A stretch of DNA of 24,000 bases from Rhodococcus sp. NPDC127593 (GCF_042671975.1 NZ_JBHXWI010000006.1:61520-85519), one strand, 5' to 3'; counted from the first letter of the stretch, positions 1 to 7,669 are shown. Numbers and translations are program-made. Notes: generated by a model from the letters alone, not told the origin.

Positions 1-263
1 TGGGGCACCTGGGCCTGCCCCTCGACACAGTGCCGCTCGCCCACGCCCTCGCACCGTATTCGCGTCTCATCCTCGACGTCCTGCACGGCGACCGGTCTCT
101 GTTCACGCGCCCCGACGGCTTGGCGCACGTCTGGACCGTCGCCGACGCGCTGCTGCGTGACCCTCCCCCGGCCAAGCCGTACCCCGCAGGATCCATGGGA
201 CCGCCGGAGGCAGAAGACCTCGCCTCCCCCTGTGGGTGGCTGGTCACCGACTCTCCGAAATGA
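1..263 (+). CDS. zwf: glucose-6-phosphate dehydrogenase, C-terminal fragment (5' part lies outside the window)
   Basis: The frame is open from the window edge to TGA 261-263. The tail YSRLILDVLHGDRSLFTRPDGLAHVW...KPYPAGSMGPPEAEDL follows the conserved Zwf C-terminus pattern (ERLLLDV..GD..LF.R.DE..W...Y..GSWGP). The GTG at 30 in the ORF track is only the first start-like codon in frame. Confidence 0.75.
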   Translation, partial: GHLGLPLDTVPLAHALAPYSRLILDVLHGDRSLFTRPDGLAHVWTVADALLRDPPPAKPYPAGSMGPPEAEDLASPCGWLVTDSPK

Positions 264-289
264 TCACTGTCACGAGCTGAGGAACAGGC

Positions 290-535
290 ATGGACGACCA
301 CGAGATCGCCGATCGAATTCAAGCCCTCGTCGAGCAGGAGCACGAACTGCGGACACAGTTGCAGGAGGAGGGCCTGGCACCGCAGGAAGAACAGGCCCGG
401 CTGCGGGCGCTGGAAACCTCGCTCGATCAGTGTTGGGACCTCCTGCGGCGCAGACGCGCCCGCCTCCACGCCGGCGAGGATCCCGACGACGCCACGGTGC
501 GCCCCGAAGCCGAGGTCGAGGGGTACCTGCAGTAG
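290..535 (+). CDS. DUF2630-like small coiled-coil protein
   Basis: 81-aa ORF with RBS GAGGAA 5 nt upstream of ATG 290. The acidic helical N-half and the ...LDQCWDLLRRRRA...EVEGYLQ end match my recollection of the actinobacterial DUF2630 family. Confidence 0.65.
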   Translation: MDDHEIADRIQALVEQEHELRTQLQEEGLAPQEEQARLRALETSLDQCWDLLRRRRARLHAGEDPDDATVRPEAEVEGYLQ

Positions 536-542
536 TACCCGG

Positions 543-1556
543 CTACTCCGTCGCCGATTCGAGGGTGTCCGCCCTCGCCGGGGCGGGACTGGTCTTGCGG
601 AAGTCCTCGTACGCGTCGGCGAGATCCAGCACCCATCGGCGCGGCGACATGCCCTGGGGCGGCGCGATCCACTCGGTGTCGAGGACGTCCGAGGCGACCG
701 GGTCGTCGATCCAGCGGGCGAGAATCCCCGCGCGTTCGGCGGTCGATTCCGGAAGATCCTGTTCGTCCGTGTCGAGCATGCCCGCGCCCGCCTGCAGGTA
801 CAGCGCATCCATGATGTGCGCAACCGCGTCGGAGGCGCGGAGAACGGTTGTGCTCCCCTTGCCGTCGCCCTCGACCACCTCGGGGAACCGTGCTACGAGC
901 ACCGAATGCACAGTGTTCATGCGGCGCAGGTCCTGCCGTGCGCGCAGCCACGTCTCGACGAGCACCCAGACGGTGCCGACCGACACGACCACGGCCGCGA
1001 CGGTGTATGCCGACGAGGAGCCGACGGCCCATGTCTCCCCCGGCACCTCACGCACCAGTCCTACGACAGCCGCCGCCAGGACGATCGCCGATCCGACGAC
1101 GATCAGTGAGATTCCGCGGCCGAGCGGTGTCCACGCGACGTGCCGGACCCCGGTCACGACCACCGCGGCCAGCGCGATCACGATGAACACCAGCGCCGGA
1201 ACGGGATACCCACCGGCAAGCCCGATTCCGAGCACGACGGCCACGGTGTAGACGACCACGGCGACAGCGCGCAGCGCAGGACGCGGGAGTATCGGCCACA
1301 CGGAGATCGCGCCGACCGCGCTCGCGGCGGCGAACAGCGTCCACGCCAGTTCGAGGACGATCTCCGACAGCCCGACAGCCGGGGCCACCGTGTCGAGACG
1401 CCCGGCGACGTCCGGAACGGCCAACGTGGAGGCGAGGGCCGCGCTGGACACCGCCACCACCATCGCCACGCGCAGCGGCGTCGGCTGACGCGCGGCGACC
1501 CGGCCGATCCGGGCACCCGCGGCAGTCCAGACGACGAGAGAAACCAGCCAGCCCAT
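543..1556 (-). CDS. polytopic membrane protein with a soluble acidic C-terminal domain of about 110 aa (gene Z; resembles the MAB_1171c/DUF6545-type putative transporter family)
   Basis: Start chosen at ATG 1556 (MGWLVSLVVW...), which overlaps the upstream stop as TGATG. The longer 372-aa track ORF only adds an Arg-rich non-coding-looking extension. There are about 8-9 hydrophobic spans, followed by RARQDLRRMNTVHSVL...DLADAYEDFRK. The family name is recollection, not a search result. Confidence 0.7.
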   Translation of the reverse strand: MGWLVSLVVWTAAGARIGRVAARQPTPLRVAMVVAVSSAALASTLAVPDVAGRLDTVAPAVGLSEIVLELAWTLFAAASAVGAISVWPILPRPALRAVAVVVYTVAVVLGIGLAGGYPVPALVFIVIALAAVVVTGVRHVAWTPLGRGISLIVVGSAIVLAAAVVGLVREVPGETWAVGSSSAYTVAAVVVSVGTVWVLVETWLRARQDLRRMNTVHSVLVARFPEVVEGDGKGSTTVLRASDAVAHIMDALYLQAGAGMLDTDEQDLPESTAERAGILARWIDDPVASDVLDTEWIAPPQGMSPRRWVLDLADAYEDFRKTSPAPARADTLESATE

Positions 1557-2056
1557 CAGCCGATCGCCTCGTCGTAGCGGAGCACGGACACGGGAGTCCC
1601 GCGCCCTCGCATCGTGTTCAACCGGATGAGCAGCATCGACGCGAACGTCTCGGCCTCCCACTCGGCCACCTCGTCGGACGGCTGCTCGTCTTCCCGCCGT
1701 CGCGACCGCTGACTGAGCATGTAGGCGATCAGATCGTCGCCGGCTTCGAGCGTCGCGGCGACGATCTCGGCTCCTTCGTGCCGAAACACGATGTGACCCA
1801 GCTCATGCGCAAGCGTGCGGTCGAGGTCCGGCAGGCCCGGGGCCAGCACGATCACGTCCCGGTCCGGGTACGCGCGTCTCTGGCCGCACACACCGGGCGC
1901 CATCGATGTCGTGAAATCGAGTTCGATGGGACGCTGCCGTTCGCGGGCCACCGCGTCCACCACGTGCCGGAGTGACACTACTTCGGCACGGGCCGCCGCG
2001 TCACACACCGCGTCCACGGCTGCCGCGACCCGGCGATGAGATCTGTTCGCCCCCAC
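1556..2056 (-). CDS. ImmA/IrrE-type (COG2856, Peptidase_M78-like) zinc metallopeptidase, 166 aa (gene Y)
   Basis: GTG 2056 lies 8 nt after GGAGGG and 2 nt after the stop of the upstream gene. It carries the HExxH block AHELGHIVFRH and the downstream EWEAETFASMLL block typical of ImmA/IrrE peptidases. No signal peptide or TM segment is present. The rest of the 479-aa track ORF (1556..2995) is an out-of-frame reading of gene X. Confidence 0.7.
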   Translation of the reverse strand: MGANRSHRRVAAAVDAVCDAAARAEVVSLRHVVDAVARERQRPIELDFTTSMAPGVCGQRRAYPDRDVIVLAPGLPDLDRTLAHELGHIVFRHEGAEIVAATLEAGDDLIAYMLSQRSRRREDEQPSDEVAEWEAETFASMLLIRLNTMRGRGTPVSVLRYDEAIG

Positions 2057-2058
2057 GA

Positions 2059-2973
2059 CTACATCCCTCCACTCGAAGCGGACGGGAAGAATTCCGCCCG
2101 CGCGGCCGCGATGCGCGCCTGTTGTGCGCGAGCACCCTTGAAGGTCAGCGCACCCACCCCGCCGGCGCAGCACAGCAGCACGCCGACGCCACCGAGAACG
2201 GTGATCGCAGGCAACGGCTCGCTGTGGACCACGGGAACCATTCCCGGCGGCGCAGCGGCCGGATCGCCCTGGGCCGGTGCCTCCGCGGCGGACGACGGTC
2301 CGTCGCTGCTCGGTGTCTCCCCGGCAGGCCGATCCTCGGGTGCGGAACCCGCCGGACCGCTGACCCCCGGAGCTGCCGCGGCGGCGCCGGAACCGGAACC
2401 TCCGGCCGCCGCTCCCCCGGACGCCGGGGGTGCGGCAGGGCCCTCGGAGCCCGGGGCGGCAACAGCGTCGGAACCCGAGTCGTCTCCGGAACCGTCGTCG
2501 CCGGGGAAGTCGGGGCGCACGACCTTCGGTTCCCCCGCCGGCGGCAGCTGGATCGGGGGCGGAGGCGCAACCACGACACGTGATGTCGAAGGAGTCGACG
2601 TCTTCGTGGGTTCGGCAGTCCCGGACGGTTCGGTGGTCCCGGACGGTTCGGTGGTCTCGGACGGTTCGGTGGTCTCGGACGGTTCGGTGGTCTCGGACGG
2701 TTCGGTGGTCTCGCTGGGTTCCCGTGTCTCGCTGGGTTCTCCGCCACCGCAGCCGCGGCGACTCTCGCACGGCGGATGAGGATCCTGTGGCTTGCCGCCG
2801 CCGGCAGACTCCGAGGAAGCGTCGTCGCATCGACTGCTGGCGCAGTCGTGATACTGGGGATCGGCGGAGGCGTCGGACGGGAACACCGAGACGGTGACCC
2901 AGCCGAGTCCGGACAAGAAGGCCAGCGCCAGTCCGACCATGGTCAGCCTTCGAACAACACGACGCGCGCTCAC
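2059..2973 (-). CDS. secreted or membrane-anchored low-complexity repeat protein (gene X): signal/TM, two Cys pairs, EPSETT repeats, Pro/Gly/Ala/Ser linker, C-terminal TM and a basic tail
   Basis: 304-aa ORF starting at GTG 2973 (MSARRVVRRLTMVGLALAFLSGLGWVTVSVFPSDASA). An alternative ATG at 2940 has a GAAGG RBS. Motifs include CASSRC and CESRRGC, (EPSETT)n, and a C-terminal TM ITVLGGVGVLLCCAGGVGALTF followed by KGARAQQAR. The antisense + ORF 2036..2779 shares wobble positions, so GC3 cannot decide between frames. Operon context, RBS placement and membrane topology favour the minus frame. Confidence 0.6.
   Translation of the reverse strand: MSARRVVRRLTMVGLALAFLSGLGWVTVSVFPSDASADPQYHDCASSRCDDASSESAGGGKPQDPHPPCESRRGCGGGEPSETREPSETTEPSETTEPSETTEPSETTEPSGTTEPSGTAEPTKTSTPSTSRVVVAPPPPIQLPPAGEPKVVRPDFPGDDGSGDDSGSDAVAAPGSEGPAAPPASGGAAAGGSGSGAAAAAPGVSGPAGSAPEDRPAGETPSSDGPSSAAEAPAQGDPAAAPPGMVPVVHSEPLPAITVLGGVGVLLCCAGGVGALTFKGARAQQARIAAARAEFFPSASSGGM
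2606..2748 (-). repeat. 18-bp in-frame tandem repeat (coding-strand unit GAGACCACCGAACCGTCC = ETTEPS)
   Basis: Five near-perfect 18-bp units lie at 2623-2712: four are identical and the first differs at one base. One degenerate unit flanks them on the left and two on the right. All lie inside gene X. Confidence 0.9.
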
Positions 2974-3059
2974 TGTGCACCCCCCTCGTATTCACGACAC
3001 GACACCACGTCTACGGCGACGTCGCCGCTGTCATGGTATCGAGCGAACCGAGCGGAGGT

Positions 3060-3097
3060 GCTGGTGGTGCCGGTGTCGGGGAACCGGCACCACCAGC
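3060..3097 (-). other. perfect 14-bp stem-loop (possible T-tract-less terminator after the small ORF, or a 5' structure of gene X)
   Basis: gctggtggtgccgg (3060-3073), loop tgtcggggaa, ccggcaccaccagc (3084-3097). It sits in the non-coding gap between 2973 and 3236. Confidence 0.3.
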
Positions 3098-3235
3098 GGT
3101 GCCCGAGCCAGGTGGGACTCGAGCAGTTCTGAGAACCCCTGCGGGTTCGGTGTTGTCGCGTGGAGGTGCTGATCGGTCAGCGGAAGGCTGGGTTCTCCGA
3201 CGCGACCCTCGCGACTTCGGTTGGTCGGCCGGAGT

Positions 3236-3328
3236 TCACAGGACGTTCACCAGCAACATCGTCGCGGTGATGGTCGCGACCACCGTTGCCGGCTCCAAGA
3301 ACTTCGAGATCTTGTCCATTGCCTGCAT
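3236..3328 (-). CDS. 30-aa hydrophobic micro-protein (MQAMDKISKFLEPATVVATITATMLLVNVL)
   Basis: ATG 3328 is preceded by GGTGGA 5 nt upstream, and a second in-frame ATG lies at 3319. 27 of the 29 codons after the ATG end in G/C by hand count, which is genome-typical coding bias. It would form a single TM helix. The rest of the 60-aa track ORF looks non-coding. Confidence 0.45.
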   Translation of the reverse strand: MQAMDKISKFLEPATVVATITATMLLVNVL

Positions 3329-3473
3329 GTATTTCCACCCCGTGCGATCGACCCCTTGATGACCTACGGACAGTACACAGCATTCAGTTACCTTTTGGCA
3401 AATCCAAGAGCCGAGCATTCGCGCGGTGCCACGTTCTCGCTCCCCCGACGACGGCGCTCACCTGGTCCGGAAT

Positions 3474-3516
3474 GCAGAAAAGGCACTCTCTCCGAATGGA
3501 GTGAGTGCCTCTTCTG
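3474..3516 (-). terminator. intrinsic terminator downstream of tRNA-Ala
   Basis: On the minus strand the hairpin AGGCACTCACTCC-ATTC-GGAGAGAGTGCCT has a 2-nt bulge and is followed by TTTTCTG. It starts immediately after the tRNA 3' end. Confidence 0.7.
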
Positions 3517-3592
3517 TGGTGGAGCTGAGGGGAATCGAACCCCTGACCTCTTCGATGCGAACGAAGCGCGCTACCAACTGCGCCACAGCCCC
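3517..3592 (-). tRNA. tRNA-Ala (anticodon CGC), CCA encoded
   Basis: The reverse complement reads GGGGCTGTGGCGCAGTTGGTAGCGCGCTTCGTTCGCATCGAAGAGGTCAGGGGTTCGATTCCCCTCAGCTCCACCA. It folds as a cloverleaf with a G3:U70 alanine identity pair, anticodon loop TTCGCAT and T-loop GGTTCGATTCC. Confidence 0.92.
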
Positions 3593-3689
3593 GTGCGGAT
3601 CCTGCGATCCGCTCGGCAAACTCTAGCAGGCCACCCGCGGCGGGAGCGAATCGCCTACACCGACGTAGCTTTCGGCCCGATTCGCCCGG

Positions 3690-4430
3690 CTACTCACCGG
3701 CAGCTCGGCGCATCGTGGCCTGCTGCATCTGCGCGTCGTCGAAGTGTTCGAGATGGTCGAATTCGGGGTCCTCGTCGTCCACTTCGAGGACGACGGCACC
3801 CGGACGCCGCAACCGGGCCGGGATGAGGCGGAGTTCCTCGTCGCTGCGGGACTCGACACCCAACTGCGAACGGTTGAGACGCGCGGTCCGTCGACGGCGG
3901 ATCTCCTGCTCGATCTGGACCTGCCGGCGCAGATACGCCAAGTAGCCGACCAGGCCGACCACACCGGCTGCGAACGCCCACCACATCAGCGGGGAGATGA
4001 TCAGCCCGAGCGCCGCCGACATGATCGTCGCGAACACGAGCCCGAGAACTGACCGCTGGCGAAACCCGTACCGTGCCTCGCGCGCGATCGCGTCGGCCTC
4101 GGGATCGAAGCCGCCACGCCCTCGGCGCGCCGGTACGTACTCACCGACCGGTGCCCGCTCACCGTCGAATTCGTCTTCCTCTGCGTGAGTGTCCACAAGG
4201 TCCTCCGCGTCGTAGCCGTAGTGGTCCGGTACCGGTTGCCAGTACGGGTCGCTGCGGTGTCCAGCCGCGGGTCCACGCTGCACGGGACGTTCGTCACCGC
4301 GGTGCAGCACACGCGTCGCGAGTGCTGCGTCACTGGTTTGCCGAATCCGGGGGCGGTTGTTCACCAGCATCGGAACCAGGACGAAGAGCCACACGACGAC
4401 GAGCCCGATCCAGAGAAACGAGTTCGGCAT
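3690..4430 (-). CDS. glpR: divisome membrane protein of the SepX/GlpR type
   Basis: ATG 4430 lies 7 nt after GGGAGGAGG; the track's TTG at 4448 overlaps this RBS. Features are the N-terminal TM FLWIGLVVVWLFVLVPMLV, a second TM region and a charged tail. It sits next to rimJ and a MoeA-like gene, as in the conserved actinobacterial glp cluster. Confidence 0.65.
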   Translation of the reverse strand: MPNSFLWIGLVVVWLFVLVPMLVNNRPRIRQTSDAALATRVLHRGDERPVQRGPAAGHRSDPYWQPVPDHYGYDAEDLVDTHAEEDEFDGERAPVGEYVPARRGRGGFDPEADAIAREARYGFRQRSVLGLVFATIMSAALGLIISPLMWWAFAAGVVGLVGYLAYLRRQVQIEQEIRRRRTARLNRSQLGVESRSDEELRLIPARLRRPGAVVLEVDDEDPEFDHLEHFDDAQMQQATMRRAAGE

Positions 4431-4704
4431 ATTGCGACCTCCTCCCAATCGTCTACCAGCATGGATACCGCTGTTGACCCACCCAGGCTAACCGCATGAA
4501 CACGCACATCTTGGCAGACGCGCCGATCTCACCATACTCAGGTGTCACATGCGTAACGCGAAAATGTGGTGCTCGACATGCCTCGCGAAGGCATAGGGAA
4601 CGATCCGGCAAAGACTCGCCGAAAGCGGAGCCCCGGTCAGGAAGCTTTGATACCGTCAGATAACTGCCGCGTAGCTGGACGTTTGTCCATATCCACCACG
4701 GCGG

Positions 4705-5340
4705 TCACGCCCAGGTGGCTTTGCCACTCCGCACGAGCGAATCCGCCACCGTGCCGGGCACGTCCTCGACGGTCATGCCGACCAGAATGTGGTCGCGCCA
4801 CTGCCCGTCGACGTCCAGGTAGCGCTTGAGGAGACCTTCCTCGCGGAAGCCGACGTTGCGGAGCACCGCCTGGCTCGCCAGGTTCTCCGGACGCACGGTT
4901 GCCTCCACGCGGTGCAACCCCACGGGTCCGAAGGCGTGATCGAGCCCCAGCGCGAGTGCGCCCGTGGCCACCCCGAGCCCGTTGACGTCGCTGGCCACCC
5001 AGTAACCGATCCAGGCGGAGCGCAGTGCACCCCGCACCACGTTGCCGATCGTGATCTGGCCGCAGAAATTGCCGTCGAGTTCGATGGCCATCGGCAGCAT
5101 GCGACCCTTCCGGGCCTCCGACCGCAGACTGCTGCACAGTCCGGGCCATCCTGAAATATGGTGGCGCGCTTCCCAGGGCGCCTCCCCCGTCGGCTCCCAC
5201 GGTTCGAGGTGCGCACGGTCGCGGATGCGCAGACGGCTCCACGCGGCCGCGTCACGCAACCTGATGGCGCGCACGGTGACGACGCCACCCTTTACCCGCA
5301 GGGGCCCGAGATGCGGCGGCCAACCCGGATGCTGTGTCAT
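4705..5340 (-). CDS. rimJ: GNAT-family N-acetyltransferase (RimJ/RimL-like)
   Basis: 211 aa with GNAT motifs (GQITIGNVVRGALRSAWIGYWV..., GLGVATGAL, RVEATVRPENLASQAVLRNVGFREEG). The position matches rimJ in the galU-moeA-rimJ cluster. Confidence 0.75.
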   Translation of the reverse strand: MTQHPGWPPHLGPLRVKGGVVTVRAIRLRDAAAWSRLRIRDRAHLEPWEPTGEAPWEARHHISGWPGLCSSLRSEARKGRMLPMAIELDGNFCGQITIGNVVRGALRSAWIGYWVASDVNGLGVATGALALGLDHAFGPVGLHRVEATVRPENLASQAVLRNVGFREEGLLKRYLDVDGQWRDHILVGMTVEDVPGTVADSLVRSGKATWA

Positions 5341-5365
5341 CCCGTCTCACACTGTCGCGGTGTCA

Positions 5366-6625
5366 TCAGCCCCGCTGCGCCAGAAAGGCCACGTCCACCT
5401 GGTCACCGGTCCGGACCTCGGTGATCTCGGGGTCGATGAGGACCAGGCAGTTGGCCTCGGCCAACGTGGCGAGCAGGTGCGAGGACGCGCCCGGCGCCCC
5501 GCCGAGAGCTTGGACGAGGTACTCCCCCGTGGCCTCGTCGCGCATGAGCTGACCGCGGAGAAAACCCTTGCGGTGCTCGATGGACGTGATCGGTGCGACG
5601 GTGCGGGCGGTGACGACGCGTCGCATCGGCTGCCTGCGCCCCAGCGCGATGCGGATCAGCGGGCGCACCATCACCTCGAAGACCACCAGGGCGCTCACCG
5701 GATTGGACGGGAGCAGGAACGTCGGGACCTCGTCCCGGCCCAGCTGACCGAAACCCTGGACCGATCCCGGATGCATCGCGACCCGGTCGACCTCGAGGTT
5801 TCCGAGATCGGCGAGTGCGTCCCGCACATCCTCGGAGGCGCCGCCGCCGACTGCACCCGCGATGACGACGATCTCGGAACGGATCAGCTGACCTTCCACC
5901 ACCTCGCGCAGGCGACGGGCGTCGGCGTTCGCGATACCGACCCGGTTGACGTCGGCGCCGGCGTCGCGGGCGGCGGCGGCCAGCGCGTACGAGTTGACGT
6001 CGTAGACCTGACCGGGACCGGGGGTCCGGTCGACGTCGACGAGTTCGCCACCGACCGAGATGACGGACAGCCGGGGCCGGGGATGCACGAGCACCTTGTC
6101 TCGGCCCACCGCCGCCAGCAACCCCACCTGCGCGGCTCCGATGATGGTGCCTGCCCGGACTGCGACGTCTCCGGGCTGTACGTCGTCGCCGGCCCGGCGC
6201 ACGTAGTCGCCGGAGCGGACCGGCTTGTAGATCTTGACGCGGGCCCGGCCGCCGTCCGTGCGGTCGAGTGGAAGGACGGCGTCGGCGAGCGTCGGGAGCG
6301 GTGCACCCGTGTCGACCTTGACGGCCTGACGCGGCTGCAGCCGGATCGGCTGCCGCGAACCGGCCGTGACCTCACCGACCACGGGAAGCGACAGTTCGAC
6401 GGGAGCACCGTCGTCGTCGCGGATGTCGGTTCCGGCGGCCTGGACGTCGACGCTACGGACGGCATAGCCGTCGATCGCGGCCTGGTCGAAACCGGGAAGC
6501 GGACGCTCGGTGACCACCTCTTCGGCACACAGCAGCCCTTGGGCTTCGGAGATCGCCACACGGACCGGCCGCGGTGCCACCGCGGCCGCGGTCACGATCG
6601 TCTGTTGCTCCTCGACCGACCGCAA
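5366..6625 (-). CDS. glp: MoeA-family molybdopterin molybdotransferase / gephyrin-like divisome protein Glp (MoeA1-position ortholog)
   Basis: 419 aa. TTG start at 6625 lies 7 nt after GGGAGG. The N-terminus MRSVEEQQ...PLPGFDQAAIDGYAV and later blocks are typical of MoeA. It is sandwiched between galU and rimJ. Confidence 0.85.
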   Translation of the reverse strand: MRSVEEQQTIVTAAAVAPRPVRVAISEAQGLLCAEEVVTERPLPGFDQAAIDGYAVRSVDVQAAGTDIRDDDGAPVELSLPVVGEVTAGSRQPIRLQPRQAVKVDTGAPLPTLADAVLPLDRTDGGRARVKIYKPVRSGDYVRRAGDDVQPGDVAVRAGTIIGAAQVGLLAAVGRDKVLVHPRPRLSVISVGGELVDVDRTPGPGQVYDVNSYALAAAARDAGADVNRVGIANADARRLREVVEGQLIRSEIVVIAGAVGGGASEDVRDALADLGNLEVDRVAMHPGSVQGFGQLGRDEVPTFLLPSNPVSALVVFEVMVRPLIRIALGRRQPMRRVVTARTVAPITSIEHRKGFLRGQLMRDEATGEYLVQALGGAPGASSHLLATLAEANCLVLIDPEITEVRTGDQVDVAFLAQRG

Positions 6626-6644
6626 GTTCTTGCCTCCCGAGCTT

Positions 6645-7565
6645 CTAGGAATCCGTCCGCTTCAATCGGTCGATCAGCCATTCGCGCAACGATGGGCCGT
6701 ACTCGTCCATGTCCAACGCAAAGTCAACCGCAGCACGGAGGTAGCCGCCGGGATTTCCGAGATCGTGTCTCGTGCCTCGGTGCACGACGACGTGAACGGG
6801 ATGGCCTTCCTTGATGAGAAGGGCAATGGCGTCGGTGAGCTGGAGCTCGCCACCGGCGCCGGGTTCGATCCGCCGCAGCGCATCGAAGATCGCGCGGTCG
6901 AGGAGGTAGCGACCTGCGGCGGCAAACGTGGACGGCGCATCCTCGATGGCCGGCTTCTCGACCATGCCGACGACCTTGAGGACGTCCGGGTTGGTGGCGT
7001 CGGGAACCGTCTCGACCTCGAAGACGCCGTAAGCGCTCACCTGATCCTTGGGGACGTCGATGGCGCACAGGACGGTGCCGCCACGCTTGCGGCGGACCCG
7101 CGACATCGTCTCGAGCACTCCGCGCGGCATCACCAGGTCGTCCGGAAGGAGCACGGCGATCGCGTCCTCGTCGTCGTCGAGGACCGACTCCGCGCAGCCG
7201 ACCGCATGGCCCAGTCCGAGAGGCTCGTCCTGGACGACGGATTCCACCTCGAGCAGGCCGGGAGCCTTGCGCACCTTCTCGAGCAGGTGATACTTGCCGC
7301 TGGCCTCGAGCTTGCTCTCGAGAACGAGATCCTCGACGAAGTGGGCGACTACTCCGTCCTTACCCGGCGAGGTCACGATCACGAGCCGGCCGGCACCCGA
7401 ATCCGCGGCCTCTCCGGCCACGAGTTCGATACCCGGGGTATCCACGACCGGGAGCAGCTCTTTCGGCACGGTCTTGGTCGCGGGGAGGAATCGCGTACCC
7501 ATTCCCGCTGCGGGCACGACAGCCGTGCGAAAGGCGCTGGCGGTGTGCGGTGCGGCGTCTGTCAT
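6645..7565 (-). CDS. galU: UTP--glucose-1-phosphate uridylyltransferase
   Basis: Contains AVVPAAGMGTRFLPATKTVPKELLPVVD and later GalU blocks. ATG 7565 (RBS AAGGTGG just upstream) is preferred over the in-frame GTG at 7571 used by the track. Confidence 0.88.
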   Translation of the reverse strand: MTDAAPHTASAFRTAVVPAAGMGTRFLPATKTVPKELLPVVDTPGIELVAGEAADSGAGRLVIVTSPGKDGVVAHFVEDLVLESKLEASGKYHLLEKVRKAPGLLEVESVVQDEPLGLGHAVGCAESVLDDDEDAIAVLLPDDLVMPRGVLETMSRVRRKRGGTVLCAIDVPKDQVSAYGVFEVETVPDATNPDVLKVVGMVEKPAIEDAPSTFAAAGRYLLDRAIFDALRRIEPGAGGELQLTDAIALLIKEGHPVHVVVHRGTRHDLGNPGGYLRAAVDFALDMDEYGPSLREWLIDRLKRTDS

Positions 7566-7669
7566 GCCCACACCTTAACCGTGCGGACCTACTCGATAGT
7601 CACCAAGATCCTGTCGGTTACCTCCCGCAACCCGTCGGGACGCTCGCCGGTCGGCTCTAAGGTTGGGGC

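Noticed and set aside
2200-2214. LPAIT followed by a hydrophobic segment and a basic tail in gene X, considered as a sortase (LPXTG/LAXTG) sorting signal.
   Set aside because: The motif lacks the Gly and does not match LPXTG or the actinobacterial LAXTG. A plain C-terminal TM anchor is the safer reading.
2623-2712. The 18-bp tandem repeat (and the 30-bp repeat at 15631..15730) considered as CRISPR-like arrays.
   Set aside because: The units are directly adjacent with no spacers, are in frame inside ORFs, and no cas genes are present. They are coding tandem repeats.
2057-2995. The upstream two-thirds of the 479-aa ORF 1556..2995, with striking TVRDHR repeats.
   Set aside because: The periodic peptide is only the 18-bp DNA repeat read in the wrong frame. 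The region is better explained by gene X (2059..2973), and the peptidase gene starts at GTG 2056 behind a GGAGGG RBS.
543-3592. A possible genomic island inserted at the 3' end of tRNA-Ala, covering the small ORF plus the X-Y-Z operon.
   Set aside because: I could find no integrase or recombinase ORF, no direct repeat of the tRNA 3' end, and no obvious compositional shift in the coding parts.
5042-6814. Very long alternative-frame or antisense ORFs, e.g. 5042..6814 (590 aa), 15230..17488 (752 aa), 19836..21071, 157..1251, 10481..11599 and 12158..13261.
   Set aside because: These are typical high-GC shadow ORFs. Their translations are Arg/Gly/Pro/His-rich with no recognisable motifs, and each overlaps a strongly supported gene on the other strand or frame (glp, mprB/pepD, the COG0523-like gene, gene Z, porins).
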